A program made the position numbers and the translations under genes. Under the pieces are notes generated by a model, which was given only the letters and a program-made list of their open reading frames with translations, ran no database searches and was not told the origin of the DNA. Of a stretch of DNA of 64,000 nucleotides, positions 19,267-29,523 are shown in pieces; the stretch's first letter is position 1, and each line of letters starts with the position of its first letter. Origin of the DNA: Bacteroidia bacterium (GTDB lineage: Bacteria > Bacteroidota > Bacteroidia > J057 > JADKCL01); NCBI GenBank assembly GCA_041565275.1, contig JBFGVE010000001.1:25970-89969 (forward strand), read 5' to 3'.

Positions 19267-19899
19267 ATGCTCAGCAACTCACAAATCATTGAAGCCTTGA
19301 TCTTCGCTTCGGATTCGCCACTACGGCCTGACCAGATTCTTGATCTATGGAAAGCTGAAGCATTCAACGAGCTGGAAATGACCCATTTTGAGTTAAAAAA
19401 TATATTAAAAAAGTTAACTGAGAAATACAGTTCTGAAGCGTATGTTTTTGAGCTACAGCGTATCAATGGCGGCTATCAATTTTATACCAAGCGGATTTTT
19501 TATCCTTATGTTCGGCAGGCAGTTCTGGACAAAAACAACCGGAAGTTATCCAGAGCAAGCCTGGAAACGCTTTCCATCATTGCCTACCGTCAACCAGTGA
19601 CTAAAACTGAGCTAGAATTTATAAGGGGGGTAAACTGTGATTATGTGGTTAAAAAGCTACTGGATGGTCAGTTGATTGAAATTCTCGGCCGATCCGATGC
19701 GCCTGGGCGACCATTGATTTATGGGACCAGTGCTTATTTTATGGAGTATTTTGGTCTGAACGATGTGAAGGATCTCCCCAAGCTAGAGGAAGTAAGTATT
19801 GATGAAGAAACCTTTCAGGAGCAATTAAAAGTATACTTAAAAGAGACTGATGGTGGAACAGGGGATGATTCTGGTAACATTCCTCAGGCAGATAAATAG
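19267..19899 (+). CDS. scpB: segregation and condensation protein B
   Basis: 210 aa. IIEALIFASDSPL..., LSRASLETLSIIAYRQPVTKTELEFIRGV and GRPLIYGTSAYFMEYFGL. Confidence 0.9.
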   Translation: MLSNSQIIEALIFASDSPLRPDQILDLWKAEAFNELEMTHFELKNILKKLTEKYSSEAYVFELQRINGGYQFYTKRIFYPYVRQAVLDKNNRKLSRASLETLSIIAYRQPVTKTELEFIRGVNCDYVVKKLLDGQLIEILGRSDAPGRPLIYGTSAYFMEYFGLNDVKDLPKLEEVSIDEETFQEQLKVYLKETDGGTGDDSGNIPQADK

Positions 19900-19902
19900 A
19901 TT

Positions 19903-20784
19903 ATGACTAAAAGACCGAAAAAGGGCCAACTGGGCATGGCTAGCAAAGGGAACTTCGACAAATTCAAAGGTGCGAAAAGCAGCCCTAAAGCAGAGAAAAA
20001 GAATGACCGGAGGAAAGAAAAACAGATATTGAAAAAGGAATTGAAGCTTAAGAAGCAACCCCAACTGATTGATGCTGAACCTATGCGTTTGAATAGGTTC
20101 ATTGCAATGTCGGGAGTCTGTTCCCGTAGGCAGGCGGATGAGCTAATTGCCGCTGGAAGGATCAAGGTTAATGGCAAGATCGTGACCGAGTTGGGTTATA
20201 AAACAGATCTCTCCAAAGATACTGTGCTATATGATCAAAGAGTATTGAGGATCAGGAAGTTTGTATATCTTCTCATGAACAAGCCAAAAAATCATATCAG
20301 TACGGTGAAGGATGACCTGGGCAGGAGAACTGTGATGAATATTGTAGATAAATATACCAAAGTCCGGGTGGTTCCGGTAGGGAGACTAGACCGTAATACG
20401 ACTGGTTTACTACTGTTCACCAACGATGGAGAACTGGCTGCTAAGTTGACGCATCCTTCCAATAATATTTCTAAAATATATCATATCCGTTTGGACAAAG
20501 AAGTTTCCGAAATGCATTTGGATGCCTTGAGGAGAGGGGTCCAGTTAGAGGACGGGAAGATGTCTGTGGACACGATCGACTATCTGAATGGAATGACGAC
20601 TCAGGTGGTAGTCGAGATCCACAGCGGACGCAACCGGGTTGTTAGACGTTTATTTGAGTACTATGGCTACTCGGTGGAGGCTCTTGACAGGGTTAAGTTG
20701 GGTCCCCTAAGCAAGAAAAACCTACCACGGGGTACCTGCAGAATGCTATCCGACAAAGAAGTTGGTTGGTTAAAAATGCTATGA
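19903..20784 (+). CDS. rluB: pseudouridine synthase, RsuA/RluB family, with a Lys-rich N-terminal extension
   Basis: 293 aa. S4 domain (MRLNRFIAMSGVCSRRQADELIAAGRIKVNG). Catalytic motif VGRLDRNTTGLLLFTNDG. Confidence 0.9.
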   Translation: MTKRPKKGQLGMASKGNFDKFKGAKSSPKAEKKNDRRKEKQILKKELKLKKQPQLIDAEPMRLNRFIAMSGVCSRRQADELIAAGRIKVNGKIVTELGYKTDLSKDTVLYDQRVLRIRKFVYLLMNKPKNHISTVKDDLGRRTVMNIVDKYTKVRVVPVGRLDRNTTGLLLFTNDGELAAKLTHPSNNISKIYHIRLDKEVSEMHLDALRRGVQLEDGKMSVDTIDYLNGMTTQVVVEIHSGRNRVVRRLFEYYGYSVEALDRVKLGPLSKKNLPRGTCRMLSDKEVGWLKML

Positions 20785-20964
20785 TCTCGAATAGGATGCT
20801 CTGTGTCTAATCTAAAAGCTGCTTTAATTTCACTTGAATTTTTGTCTTTATTGATATTCATTTTAAATTGGGCTTCCATTTTGGAGGGCGTAAGTCGTCG
20901 AAATTGGGACCTCTTGGTAGCATAAGTTTTTGGTTTTTAATTATTTAAATAGACTTAGCGAGAC

Positions 20965-21798
20965 ATGAGTACAGGAGTAAAAGGTGCTGGTGACGGCGTC
21001 CGAGTAAAGCAAAGTAACCCCATGAAGTCCATCTTTCCCTACTTAGTAGTGTTGTTGGCTTTGGTTATTTCATTCGCAGTTTTCTATCTGATCTTTGGGT
21101 CTGCGGATAATTTTGAAAAAGGAGATATTGAGGAGGGGCACCCTATCAATATCTTTGGGACGATTTTTAAAGGTGGGGCAGTTATTCCAGTTGGTATGTC
21201 TCTCACCCTGATGGTATTGATTTTTACCGTTGAGCGTTTCATCACGATCTTCTTTATTGCAAAAGGACGTTCGTCAGCTGATGTATTCGTCGGTCGTATT
21301 CGCCATATGCTTGACGAAGAGGATATTTCCGGAGCAATCAAGGCTTGCGACGATCAAAAAGGATCCGTTGCCAATGTTGTCAAGGCAGGCTTGCTGAAAT
21401 ATCAGGAAGTACAATCCAGAACCGATGCTGACCATGACCACAACCGTGAAGCCATCCAGAAAGAGCTTGAAGAAGCAACTACCCTTGAACTCCCAATGCT
21501 GGAGCGAAACTTGGCTTTCTTATCAACTATCGCATCCTTAGGTGTGTTGGTCGGTCTTTTTGGAACAGTCATCGGTATGATCAAGGCTTTCCAAGCATTG
21601 AATACTTCCGGTGCTCCTGACGCGGGCGCATTGGCAACTGGTATTTCAGAAGCACTTGTAAACACCGCTATCGGTATCTTTACTTCAAGTTTGTCCATCA
21701 TTTTTTATAACTATTTTACTGCTCAGATTGACGCGTTAACTTACCGCATCGATGAAGCTGGTTATAGCATTGTGCAGACTTATGAGGCCAAACACTAG
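20965..21798 (+). CDS. exbB: MotA/TolQ/ExbB proton channel family protein
   Basis: 277 aa with three TM segments. C-terminal motif GLFGTVIGMIKAF...ISEALVNTAIG. Confidence 0.9.
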   Translation: MSTGVKGAGDGVRVKQSNPMKSIFPYLVVLLALVISFAVFYLIFGSADNFEKGDIEEGHPINIFGTIFKGGAVIPVGMSLTLMVLIFTVERFITIFFIAKGRSSADVFVGRIRHMLDEEDISGAIKACDDQKGSVANVVKAGLLKYQEVQSRTDADHDHNREAIQKELEEATTLELPMLERNLAFLSTIASLGVLVGLFGTVIGMIKAFQALNTSGAPDAGALATGISEALVNTAIGIFTSSLSIIFYNYFTAQIDALTYRIDEAGYSIVQTYEAKH

Positions 21799-21867
21799 TA
21801 AGGAGTTTTTTCTGTCCCGGGTAATCTCCCCTTGATTAAAATCGTTAGCTAGACAAAACCCGAATCC

Positions 21868-22512
21868 ATGCCAGCAGTTAAGCCCAAAAGACACAAGCCC
21901 GGTATCGATATGACAGCAATGGTTGACGTTGCCTTCCTCCTGCTGACCTTTTTCATTTTGACGACAAAGTTCAAGGCAGAGGAAACATTCCCTGTCGATA
22001 CACCTGAAGCGGCTTCTGCGATCCCACTCCCTGAATCAGGAGTTGCGATCATCGGAGTGGACTCTATTGGTCGGGTGTCTTTTTCCATTGCCGACTTTGA
22101 CGTCAAGGATGAGATGCTCTCAATCATAGAAGATCAGTATGGTTATAGCTTTTCTGATGCAGGAAAAACATACTTTTCTTCTATTTCAGATTTTGGAGTT
22201 CCTTTTAGCCAGCTCAGTGCATGGTTGAATCAACCTACTCCTGAGGCAATGGGAGAGTTTGCAAAGAAAGCACAGGGAATACCTGTATCCAAAGACCCAC
22301 GCCGTGAAAATGATCTAGTCAAATGGATCCGTACTGTGCGTCGTGCTGCTCGCCGCAAAAAGAAGAATCTTATGTTTGCCATCAAAGGAGATGAAAATGT
22401 GCCCTATCCTCTCATGGATGAAGTAATCTATACTTTGCAGAACGAGGGAATCAATCGTTTCAACATGGTGACCAAGATGAAATCCGACGCACGGTTAGCA
22501 AATGGTGAGTAG
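21868..22512 (+). CDS. exbD: ExbD/TolR family biopolymer transporter
   Basis: 214 aa. N-terminus IDMTAMVDVAFLLLTFFILTT. Confidence 0.85.
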   Translation: MPAVKPKRHKPGIDMTAMVDVAFLLLTFFILTTKFKAEETFPVDTPEAASAIPLPESGVAIIGVDSIGRVSFSIADFDVKDEMLSIIEDQYGYSFSDAGKTYFSSISDFGVPFSQLSAWLNQPTPEAMGEFAKKAQGIPVSKDPRRENDLVKWIRTVRRAARRKKKNLMFAIKGDENVPYPLMDEVIYTLQNEGINRFNMVTKMKSDARLANGE

Positions 22513-22546
22513 CGTTTTGTATATTATTTAAATTGAGTCCAGAGCA

Positions 22547-23119
22547 ATGGCTGATATAGATACTGGTGACGATGGCGGTGGCAAAAAGAAGGGTGGCCCC
22601 AAGCAAAAAAAGAAATCGACAAAAGTGGATATGACCGCAATGGTAGATGTCGCTTTCCTTTTGCTGACCTTTTTCATCCTTACCACGACACTTGCCTCTC
22701 CTGCGGCGATGGAGATTGCTAAGCCACCACCTCAGGAAGTGGATGACCCGAGTAGTAAGCCAAAGAAAGTCGATGAGAAGAAGATAATGACCCTCATCCT
22801 TGGCGAAAAAGACCAAGTCCATTATTATCAGGGGATGCCGGAAGATGGCCCTCTTCGTACCACCGATTTCGGGGAAGAGGGCGTTCGGAAAGTTATTTCA
22901 GAACATTTAAATCGTTTTCCAAATCGATGTGCCAAGGGTACCAAAAAGACTGCTGGCTGTTGGGATCCGATCTTTGTTGTGAAACCCAATAGTACCTGCG
23001 TATACAGGAATGTAGTTGATGTACTTGATGAACTCCGGATTTCCGGAGCCACCAAGTACTCCTACACTGAAGTCACGGCGGTTGACTCTATTTACCTACT
23101 TGAGAATCGAAAAAAGTAG
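22547..23119 (+). CDS. exbD: ExbD/TolR family biopolymer transporter (second paralogue)
   Basis: 190 aa. VDMTAMVDVAFLLLTFFILTT follows a Gly/Lys-rich N-terminus. Confidence 0.85.
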   Translation: MADIDTGDDGGGKKKGGPKQKKKSTKVDMTAMVDVAFLLLTFFILTTTLASPAAMEIAKPPPQEVDDPSSKPKKVDEKKIMTLILGEKDQVHYYQGMPEDGPLRTTDFGEEGVRKVISEHLNRFPNRCAKGTKKTAGCWDPIFVVKPNSTCVYRNVVDVLDELRISGATKYSYTEVTAVDSIYLLENRKK

Positions 23120-23186
23120 GATTGCAAGGACAATGAATTGAGTTTAGATTCGTTCAGAAGGTATTCGGACCTGATAAAAGAAAATC

Positions 23187-24032
23187 ATGAAGACAATACT
23201 CGCTGATTTGGACGAAATCGTCTTTGAGGGTAGGAATAAAAGTTATGGTTCTTACCAAATGAGGAAAGGCAGCAACCGTCTACTGATGCGTGCCATGCTG
23301 GTTGCTTTTTTAGTCTTTCTGGTCTCAACCAGCCTTCCCAAGATCGTTTCTTGGTTAAGTGGTGGTGATAATGCACTTTCCGAAGAATTGGCGATGATCC
23401 CGATTGAGATGGAATTGGAGGATTTACCTCCACCAGAAGAACGCGAAGAAGAAGTTGAGCCACCTCCACCTCCACCACCCGTAGAAGCTCCTCCGCCGGC
23501 CGCGATCGCTCAAATAGAGTTCGCTGTGATTGAACCAGCTCCTGAAGATGAAGCGGATACTACTGAGGTTCGGGAGATGGACGAACTCCTTGACGCAGAT
23601 ACCGCCATGATTGGTAACCGTGATGTAGAAGGGGTAGCCGATGATGGTACAGGTGATCCTAAATGGGATTCGTTTGGTGAGGGCGATGGTGAACCACAGG
23701 AAGTCGTTGTTGTTGACACAGATCCTAACCCAAATGATTTTATAATAGTTGAGGAAGAACCTCGTCCGGTCAATATGGATGACATCAAGAAATTGATTGG
23801 ATATCCTGCCATGGCTAAAGAGGCTGAGATCGAAGGAAAGGTTATCGTGCGGGTGTTGGTGGATAAAACTGGGAAGTACAGAAAGCACGTTGTTCTCAAA
23901 GACCCGCATCCGATTCTGACCAAAGCAGTTGAGAAGAGTTTGGGTAACCTCCAATTTACTCCTGGTATTCAAGGAGGACAGCCAATCAAAGTTTGGGTAA
24001 CCATCCCATTCGATTTCGCACTCTTGAAATAA
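23187..24032 (+). CDS. tonB: energy transducer TonB
   Basis: 281 aa. N-terminal TM anchor, a Pro/Glu-rich spacer (EEVEPPPPPPPVEAPPPAA), and a C-terminal TonB domain YPAMAKEAEIEGKVIVRVLVDKTGKY...GGQPIKVWVTIPFDF. Confidence 0.9.
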   Translation: MKTILADLDEIVFEGRNKSYGSYQMRKGSNRLLMRAMLVAFLVFLVSTSLPKIVSWLSGGDNALSEELAMIPIEMELEDLPPPEEREEEVEPPPPPPPVEAPPPAAIAQIEFAVIEPAPEDEADTTEVREMDELLDADTAMIGNRDVEGVADDGTGDPKWDSFGEGDGEPQEVVVVDTDPNPNDFIIVEEEPRPVNMDDIKKLIGYPAMAKEAEIEGKVIVRVLVDKTGKYRKHVVLKDPHPILTKAVEKSLGNLQFTPGIQGGQPIKVWVTIPFDFALLK

Positions 24033-24152
24033 GAAAACTTACGTAGAACCAGCATAGGACAGTCTTCTTTGTGTCCAATTCCGGGCGGCTGACACACCTG
24101 ATCTGCTATGTTTACGTGGGCATTAAGATAATAACTAGATTAGGTAGTTCAA

Positions 24153-24923
24153 GTGAATAAAACTTTTTCCCTTCTCAACCTCTTAGGTTATGCTTTTCTT
24201 CTAGTAATGAATTTTCTAGCCAATGCTTTGCCACTTAATGGTAAAACCACTGGCGAATTGTCAAATCTATATCCCAACTTGTTTGTCCCTGCAGGTTTTA
24301 CCTTTTCCATATGGGGAGTGATCTACACCTGGGTAGGTATTTGGGTGGTTTATCAACTCGTACAGTCGTTCCGTGGAAAGGACAATGCCGGAGTCGGTAA
24401 GATTGGCGTCTTCTTTTTACTATCTTCTTTGGCAAACGCTGCCTGGATTGTAGCTTGGCATTATCAGTTGGTTCCGTTGTCTTTGGTCATTATGTTGATC
24501 ATTCTCGGATCATTGATCGTTATTTATCTTCGCTTGGGAATTGGGAAAGGGTATCATGGCACGGCGGCCCGAGCACTGGTGCATTCGCCTTTCAGCATTT
24601 ACTTGGGGTGGATTACAATTGCTACCATCGCCAACGTGACGACCCTTCTTGTGGATATCAATTGGGACGGGTTTGGAATTGATCCGATTACTTGGACCAT
24701 TGTAATGGTTCTTATCACTACTCTGATCACCTTGGTTGTTCTTTGGAAGCGTCGTGATTATACCTATGCCCTGGTATCAATCTGGGCCTTTTTCGGGATT
24801 TCCTCCAAGCGATTGGACGATCTGGTCGTGTCGGACATCATTGTCACCTGGCTCTATGTAGCCATGGGTGTGATTGTTTTGGGAACACTTTCAGCCGTAA
24901 TCTTTAGGCCAAAAGAATATTAA
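24153..24923 (+). CDS. Trp-rich polytopic membrane protein (TspO/MBR-related family, tentative)
   Basis: 256 aa with a GTG start and about 6 hydrophobic segments. It is Trp-rich (FSIWGVIYTWVGIWVVY, NAAWIVAWHY). The family assignment is from memory only. Confidence 0.45.
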   Translation: MNKTFSLLNLLGYAFLLVMNFLANALPLNGKTTGELSNLYPNLFVPAGFTFSIWGVIYTWVGIWVVYQLVQSFRGKDNAGVGKIGVFFLLSSLANAAWIVAWHYQLVPLSLVIMLIILGSLIVIYLRLGIGKGYHGTAARALVHSPFSIYLGWITIATIANVTTLLVDINWDGFGIDPITWTIVMVLITTLITLVVLWKRRDYTYALVSIWAFFGISSKRLDDLVVSDIIVTWLYVAMGVIVLGTLSAVIFRPKEY

Positions 24924-24989
24924 GGGTTTGGCTCAAAGATACGTTTAACTTACCTTTACGGGGAGTTAGCACTAAACGCCATTCAATAC

Positions 24990-26621
24990 ATGTCAAACGC
25001 ATTTTTTACTCCTCCTATTGTATCTAATGAACACGTTAAGAGCTACGTTCCCGGCTCGTCTGAACGTATCGAACTGAAGGCCGGGCTGGACAAGGCTTAT
25101 GCCACTCAAGTTGACATTCCTATGTACATTGGTGGGCACACTATACGGACCAATGACAAGTGTAGTTTGCATCCCCCTCATGACCACCAGCATAAGCTGG
25201 GAGTGTACTCTAAAGGTGATAAATCACATGTAGATGCTGCAATTCATGCGGCACTGCAAGCTAGTGCTGAATGGGGTGCCACTCCGTGGGAGCATCGCGC
25301 GGCCATCTTCCTCAAGGCGGCAGATTTACTTACCGGACCTTACCGCCAAAGGATGAACGTAGCCACCATGCTGGGCCAGTCCAAAAACGTACATCAATCC
25401 GAGGTTGACGCTATCGCGGAATTGGCAGATTTTTGGCGTTACAATGTAAAGTACATGGCCCAGATTTACAAGGACCAACCGGAATCCTCTCCCGGTGTTT
25501 GGAACCGTATCGAATACCGACCCCTAGAAGGCTTCGTATTTGCCCTCACTCCTTTCAATTTTACCTCCATTGCTGCCAATCTCCCTGGAGCGCCTGCGAT
25601 GATGGGTAATACCATAGTGTGGAAACCTGCTAATTCTCAGATCTATTCTGCTGATCTGATCATGCAGATCTATCGTGAAGCTGGTCTTCCCGATGGCGTG
25701 ATTAATCTGATCTATGTAGATGGTCCTACCGCCGGCGATGTGATCTTCAAACATCCAGATTTTGCAGGGCTCCATTTCACCGGTTCTACCAGCGTCTTCC
25801 AATTCCTTTGGAGAGAAATTGGCAACAACATGGCCAATTATAAAAGCTATCCTCGCATTGTTGGTGAAACCGGTGGAAAGGATTATATATTCATTCACCA
25901 TGCTGCGGACACTGAAGCTGCTGCTACCGCTATAAGTCGTGGTGCCTTTGAGTTTCAAGGGCAGAAATGTTCCGCTGCCTCCAGAGTCTACATACCCAAA
26001 ACTTTGTATGTAGACATTATGTCTAAGGTCCTTTCCGAGGTCAATAGCTTTAAGATGGGTGATGTTCGCGATTTTGGCAACTTTATCAATGCCGTGATTG
26101 ACGAGCATGCCTTTGACAGGATCACTTCGTACATAGACCGTGCAAAGGAGTCCGTCGAAGCAGAGATTATAGCCGGTGGCAATTACGATAAAACCAGGGG
26201 GTACTTCATTGAACCAACCATCATCAAGACGAACAACCCTAAATTCCTGACCATGTGTGAGGAAATCTTTGGGCCGGTTTTGACAGTTTATGAATACGAG
26301 GATGAGAAATGGGAAGAAACCATTGAAATTCTGAATTCCACTAGTCCTTATGCACTCACTGGTGCCTTTTTCTCACAAGATCGTTACGTGATCAATAAAG
26401 CTTCAGAATTGCTTCGCCATACGGCTGGAAATTTTTATATCAATGACAAACCTACTGGTGCAGTTGTCGGTCAGCAGCCATTCGGAGGGGGACGTGGATC
26501 CGGAACCAATGACAAGGCAGGCTCATATTTGAACCTGTTGAGGTGGGTATCTGTTCGGACTATCAAAGAAAATTTTGTTCCTCCCACTGATTACCGGTAT
26601 CCTTTTCTAGAAGAAGATTGA
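24990..26621 (+). CDS. pruA: L-glutamate gamma-semialdehyde (1-pyrroline-5-carboxylate) dehydrogenase
   Basis: 543 aa. Aldehyde dehydrogenase motifs: VGETGGKD, FEFQGQKCSAASR, EEIFGPVL. Confidence 0.92.
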   Translation: MSNAFFTPPIVSNEHVKSYVPGSSERIELKAGLDKAYATQVDIPMYIGGHTIRTNDKCSLHPPHDHQHKLGVYSKGDKSHVDAAIHAALQASAEWGATPWEHRAAIFLKAADLLTGPYRQRMNVATMLGQSKNVHQSEVDAIAELADFWRYNVKYMAQIYKDQPESSPGVWNRIEYRPLEGFVFALTPFNFTSIAANLPGAPAMMGNTIVWKPANSQIYSADLIMQIYREAGLPDGVINLIYVDGPTAGDVIFKHPDFAGLHFTGSTSVFQFLWREIGNNMANYKSYPRIVGETGGKDYIFIHHAADTEAAATAISRGAFEFQGQKCSAASRVYIPKTLYVDIMSKVLSEVNSFKMGDVRDFGNFINAVIDEHAFDRITSYIDRAKESVEAEIIAGGNYDKTRGYFIEPTIIKTNNPKFLTMCEEIFGPVLTVYEYEDEKWEETIEILNSTSPYALTGAFFSQDRYVINKASELLRHTAGNFYINDKPTGAVVGQQPFGGGRGSGTNDKAGSYLNLLRWVSVRTIKENFVPPTDYRYPFLEED

Positions 26622-26711
26622 TCTTTATGGGTATTTTGAATCCTTCTAAAGGATTGAGAATCCGGTTTATTCTGCCTGGTTTTGCAGATAAGTTCAAAAA
26701 GTAAATTATAT

Positions 26712-27227
26712 ATGAAGATTACCGTTCAAGAAAAACACGTGGTTACTTTAACTTACAACTTAAAAACTGATAGTGGTGACTTGGTGGATCAGGCAACCAT
26801 TGAAAAGCCTTTCGCATTTATTCATGGCATTGGAACCACCCTACCTGCATTTGATGCGGGATTGGTTGGTAAGGAAGCTGGGGAATCTTTTGAATTTTCC
26901 ATTGATTCTGCCAACGGATATGGTGAACATGATAGCCAAAAAATCCAAAACCTTGACCGAGGAATTTTTGCCGAAGCTCCTGAAGGCACCTTGACCGTCG
27001 GCAACACTTTGCCCATGCAGTACAATGACCCTGGCAATTCATCTGGTGCGCAGACTATTTATGGCACTATTGCTGAACTGACAGAAAATGCTGTAAAAAT
27101 GGATTTTAACCACCCTTTAGCAGGTCAAAACCTGAATTTCAGCGGTACCATCATTGGGGTTCGCAAAGCGACATCAGTCGAGTTGGAGCACGGTCATGCC
27201 CACGGACCCGGTGGTCATGAGCATTAG
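26712..27227 (+). CDS. slyD: FKBP-type peptidyl-prolyl isomerase, SlyD-like, with a His-rich tail
   Basis: The track ORF starts at a TTG at 26682. The ATG at 26712 gives MKITVQEKHVVTLTYNLK.... It contains FEFSIDSANGYGEHD and NHPLAGQNLNFSGTIIGVR. The C-terminus is HGHAHGPGGHEH. Confidence 0.85.
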   Translation: MKITVQEKHVVTLTYNLKTDSGDLVDQATIEKPFAFIHGIGTTLPAFDAGLVGKEAGESFEFSIDSANGYGEHDSQKIQNLDRGIFAEAPEGTLTVGNTLPMQYNDPGNSSGAQTIYGTIAELTENAVKMDFNHPLAGQNLNFSGTIIGVRKATSVELEHGHAHGPGGHEH

Positions 27228-27865
27228 GAAAATACTTCGTTCAGAATTTCCCGGAATTCATTCATGATCATTGCTGTGGCACCCCATACGATGTGGTCAT
27301 GAACCCGAAAGCAAGGAACCTCCAAAGTTTCGTTGTTCCTGCCTTTAATAGTTCCGGTTTGGATTGCATCTAAGTCTGTAAAAAATTGAATGGAGGCTTC
27401 CAACAATGACTGGACTTCCGTCGGATCAATGACAAAATTAGGTCGTGATTTGGCAATTCCAACGACCGGTTGTACCAAATAGTTGCTGGGAGGGATGTAA
27501 ATTTTGGTCAATCTCCCCAGCAGTTCTACTTCTTTCCGTTCAATTCCGAGTTCCTCCTCGGTTTCCCTCAATGCGGTATCTTCAAAGTTATCGTCCACAT
27601 ACTCCACGCTTCCGCCAGGCAAACCGATCTGTCGGCTATGCACCCCTTTGTATTCGGTTCTTTCTTGCATCGGGAGCAGAATGTTTCTGTTTTTATCTGG
27701 ATAAAGAAGGATCAGGACCGCACTTTTTCGGGCATCTTTAGGTATTTTGAGGTCTTTGATTCGGTTTTTCCGACTGGAAGGAGCCATTTCGAGCTGGGCA
27801 TCCAGGCCGGGAAGTGGCTGGTTCAGGCGATGGTGGAGCCAGTTTTGGAATTCTTCATCAAGCAT
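27224..27865 (-). CDS. NUDIX hydrolase (CoA pyrophosphatase-like)
   Basis: 213 aa. Nudix box GLPGGSVEYVDDNFEDTALRETEEELGI. Confidence 0.8.
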   Translation of the reverse strand: MLDEEFQNWLHHRLNQPLPGLDAQLEMAPSSRKNRIKDLKIPKDARKSAVLILLYPDKNRNILLPMQERTEYKGVHSRQIGLPGGSVEYVDDNFEDTALRETEEELGIERKEVELLGRLTKIYIPPSNYLVQPVVGIAKSRPNFVIDPTEVQSLLEASIQFFTDLDAIQTGTIKGRNNETLEVPCFRVHDHIVWGATAMIMNEFREILNEVFS

Positions 27866-27950
27866 ATCCTTCAGTAAAGTTCAGTATCATAAAACCAGAG
27901 AGTTGAAAAAGGGTTTTGACTTTGCTCAATCTTAGCGAGATTTGCCGCCT

Positions 27951-28976
27951 ATGATCCCGGAAATCCCCAGCCAATTGTGGCGAACCCTCTTTCAATGCTC
28001 ATCTGAACTGTATAAAAAGGCACCCTGGACCATTATGGGTGACCAGCATATATTCGGAATGGTAGATCCGGTCACAGGTCAAAACTGCTATGGTACAGTA
28101 ATGGGACATTTGGGCAGTTATTTCGCCTTTGCTCTTTACCGTGGTAAAGCGGGGTATAAGAGTATGCTTTCCTTGCTGTCCGAGGAAGAAACAACCGATC
28201 CGGAAGAAGCACTCTACGAGCAGGATTGTATTATTGTCTCTTTTGAACTGGAGAGTGACGCTGATGGCGAAGATGTGGCACTGATGGAGTCTGTGGCCAA
28301 AGATGCGGTAGATATTGACCGAATACCCGGATTCAGGAGTTATCGACAGGGACTTATGCCTTGGTCTATTGATGAGGAAGAGGGTCGGTTGATAGAAGGA
28401 GGCATGAGACTTTGTATTCAGGTGGTCTGCAGTTTGCAGGAAGATCCAGCGTATCTGACACCCTGCAAGGAAGACAAGGGCAAGTTGCGTTTCTTTCGTA
28501 AAAATGGGAGCAACTGGATAAGTCAATGGGAAGCTCCGGATAACATCCTTGATTTTTCTCCTTCTCAACTACAGGTAAATGCAGGCAAAATAGATGAGTT
28601 AAAGCAATTGCCTAACACTGAAGGTATGTGGCTGTTTGAGCGGTTCCTTTTTCGCCAGCCCTCCATGGATGAATCAAGTGAGCGGCCTTATTTTCCCGTG
28701 ACCTTTTTGTTCATGGATCTTGAGACCCAGGTCATATGTGGTATGGATTTGGTACGGCCGGCCCGTTTGGAGGAAGATGGAGGAGAAGTTTTATTGCAAT
28801 TGATTCAGGATGCTGGGAAACTTCCTTCAGCCTTGGTTGTGTCCAAAAAAGAAAATTATATATTGATTCATCCAATAAGTAGAGCTCTGGGTTTGGAAGT
28901 TCACCTTGAAGAAAGTCTGAACGTATTACCCGATATCAAGGCGGCTCTATACAGGCAACTGGATTACGAAGGTTGA
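27951..28976 (+). CDS. hypothetical protein
   Basis: The track ORF starts at a TTG at 27942; the first ATG is at 27951. About 341 aa, acidic, no family recognised. Its 3' end overlaps the convergent DUF1573 gene by 13 nt. Confidence 0.55.
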   Translation: MIPEIPSQLWRTLFQCSSELYKKAPWTIMGDQHIFGMVDPVTGQNCYGTVMGHLGSYFAFALYRGKAGYKSMLSLLSEEETTDPEEALYEQDCIIVSFELESDADGEDVALMESVAKDAVDIDRIPGFRSYRQGLMPWSIDEEEGRLIEGGMRLCIQVVCSLQEDPAYLTPCKEDKGKLRFFRKNGSNWISQWEAPDNILDFSPSQLQVNAGKIDELKQLPNTEGMWLFERFLFRQPSMDESSERPYFPVTFLFMDLETQVICGMDLVRPARLEEDGGEVLLQLIQDAGKLPSALVVSKKENYILIHPISRALGLEVHLEESLNVLPDIKAALYRQLDYEG

Positions 28977-29461
28977 TAGCCTGAATTGGGCAATACCTTA
29001 CCACGTAATTTTAGGGTTTCCATCGGCCTCAAATCGCCATTGATTAGGACAGGAAACATCTTTTCATGTGTGGCAGGTACGCTCCGTGCCTGCCCTTCTG
29101 TTCGAAACGTAATCTTGATCTCTCCGACTTCGCCGGGAGCCAGGTTGTGAGTAGGATATTCAGCGAAGAGGCAATAACAAGACACTTTTACCTCGTCAAT
29201 CTTGACGCTGTGGTTGGACATATTCTGGAAAGGATAGACTGCATATACTGTATCACCAGCGACTACATCTGCGAAATCCATCTCAAGATGAGAAAAGTGA
29301 AGGTCACCTGATTGCCCGGGAATCAGATCAATCTTGGCCTTGAGTTTCCCCTCTTCGGCGACAGTTTCGCTACCTTTTTCTGCGGTAGTAGATGGATTAT
29401 CACAGGTTGTGAAGCCTAGCATTACCAGAAAACAAAATGTGAAAAGCCGTATGGTCTTCAT
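28964..29461 (-). CDS. DUF1573 domain-containing lipoprotein
   Basis: 165 aa. Lipobox-like VMLGFTTC. The DUF1573 pattern is ...YPFQNMSNHSVKIDEVKVSCYCLFAEYP...LAPGEVGEIKITF. Confidence 0.7.
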   Translation of the reverse strand: MKTIRLFTFCFLVMLGFTTCDNPSTTAEKGSETVAEEGKLKAKIDLIPGQSGDLHFSHLEMDFADVVAGDTVYAVYPFQNMSNHSVKIDEVKVSCYCLFAEYPTHNLAPGEVGEIKITFRTEGQARSVPATHEKMFPVLINGDLRPMETLKLRGKVLPNSGYQPS

Positions 29462-29523
29462 ATTGGGTTTAGGATTTAGACAAATTTAATTATTCCTGGA
29501 GAATAGAGTATATACTTATGGTT

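Noticed and set aside
23424-23972. Two long minus-strand ORFs (182 aa and 137 aa) inside the tonB region
   Set aside because: They are antisense to tonB, which has a clear TM anchor, Pro-rich spacer and C-terminal TonB domain. Their translations are low-complexity Ser/Trp/Arg-rich strings typical of the antisense of GAA/CCA-rich sequence.
26640-26670. Hairpin AATCCTT-cta-AAGGATT after pruA as a terminator
   Set aside because: It has a 7-bp stem with a 3-nt loop, but no T-run follows it. I judged it too weak to call.
27999-28568. 189-aa minus-strand ORF inside the 27951-28976 hypothetical gene
   Set aside because: It is shorter than the + strand ORF and rich in Cys, His, Phe and Ile, with no secondary-structure-like periodicity. 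The + strand product has a coherent acidic globular composition. I treat it as an antisense artefact, though neither product has a recognised family.
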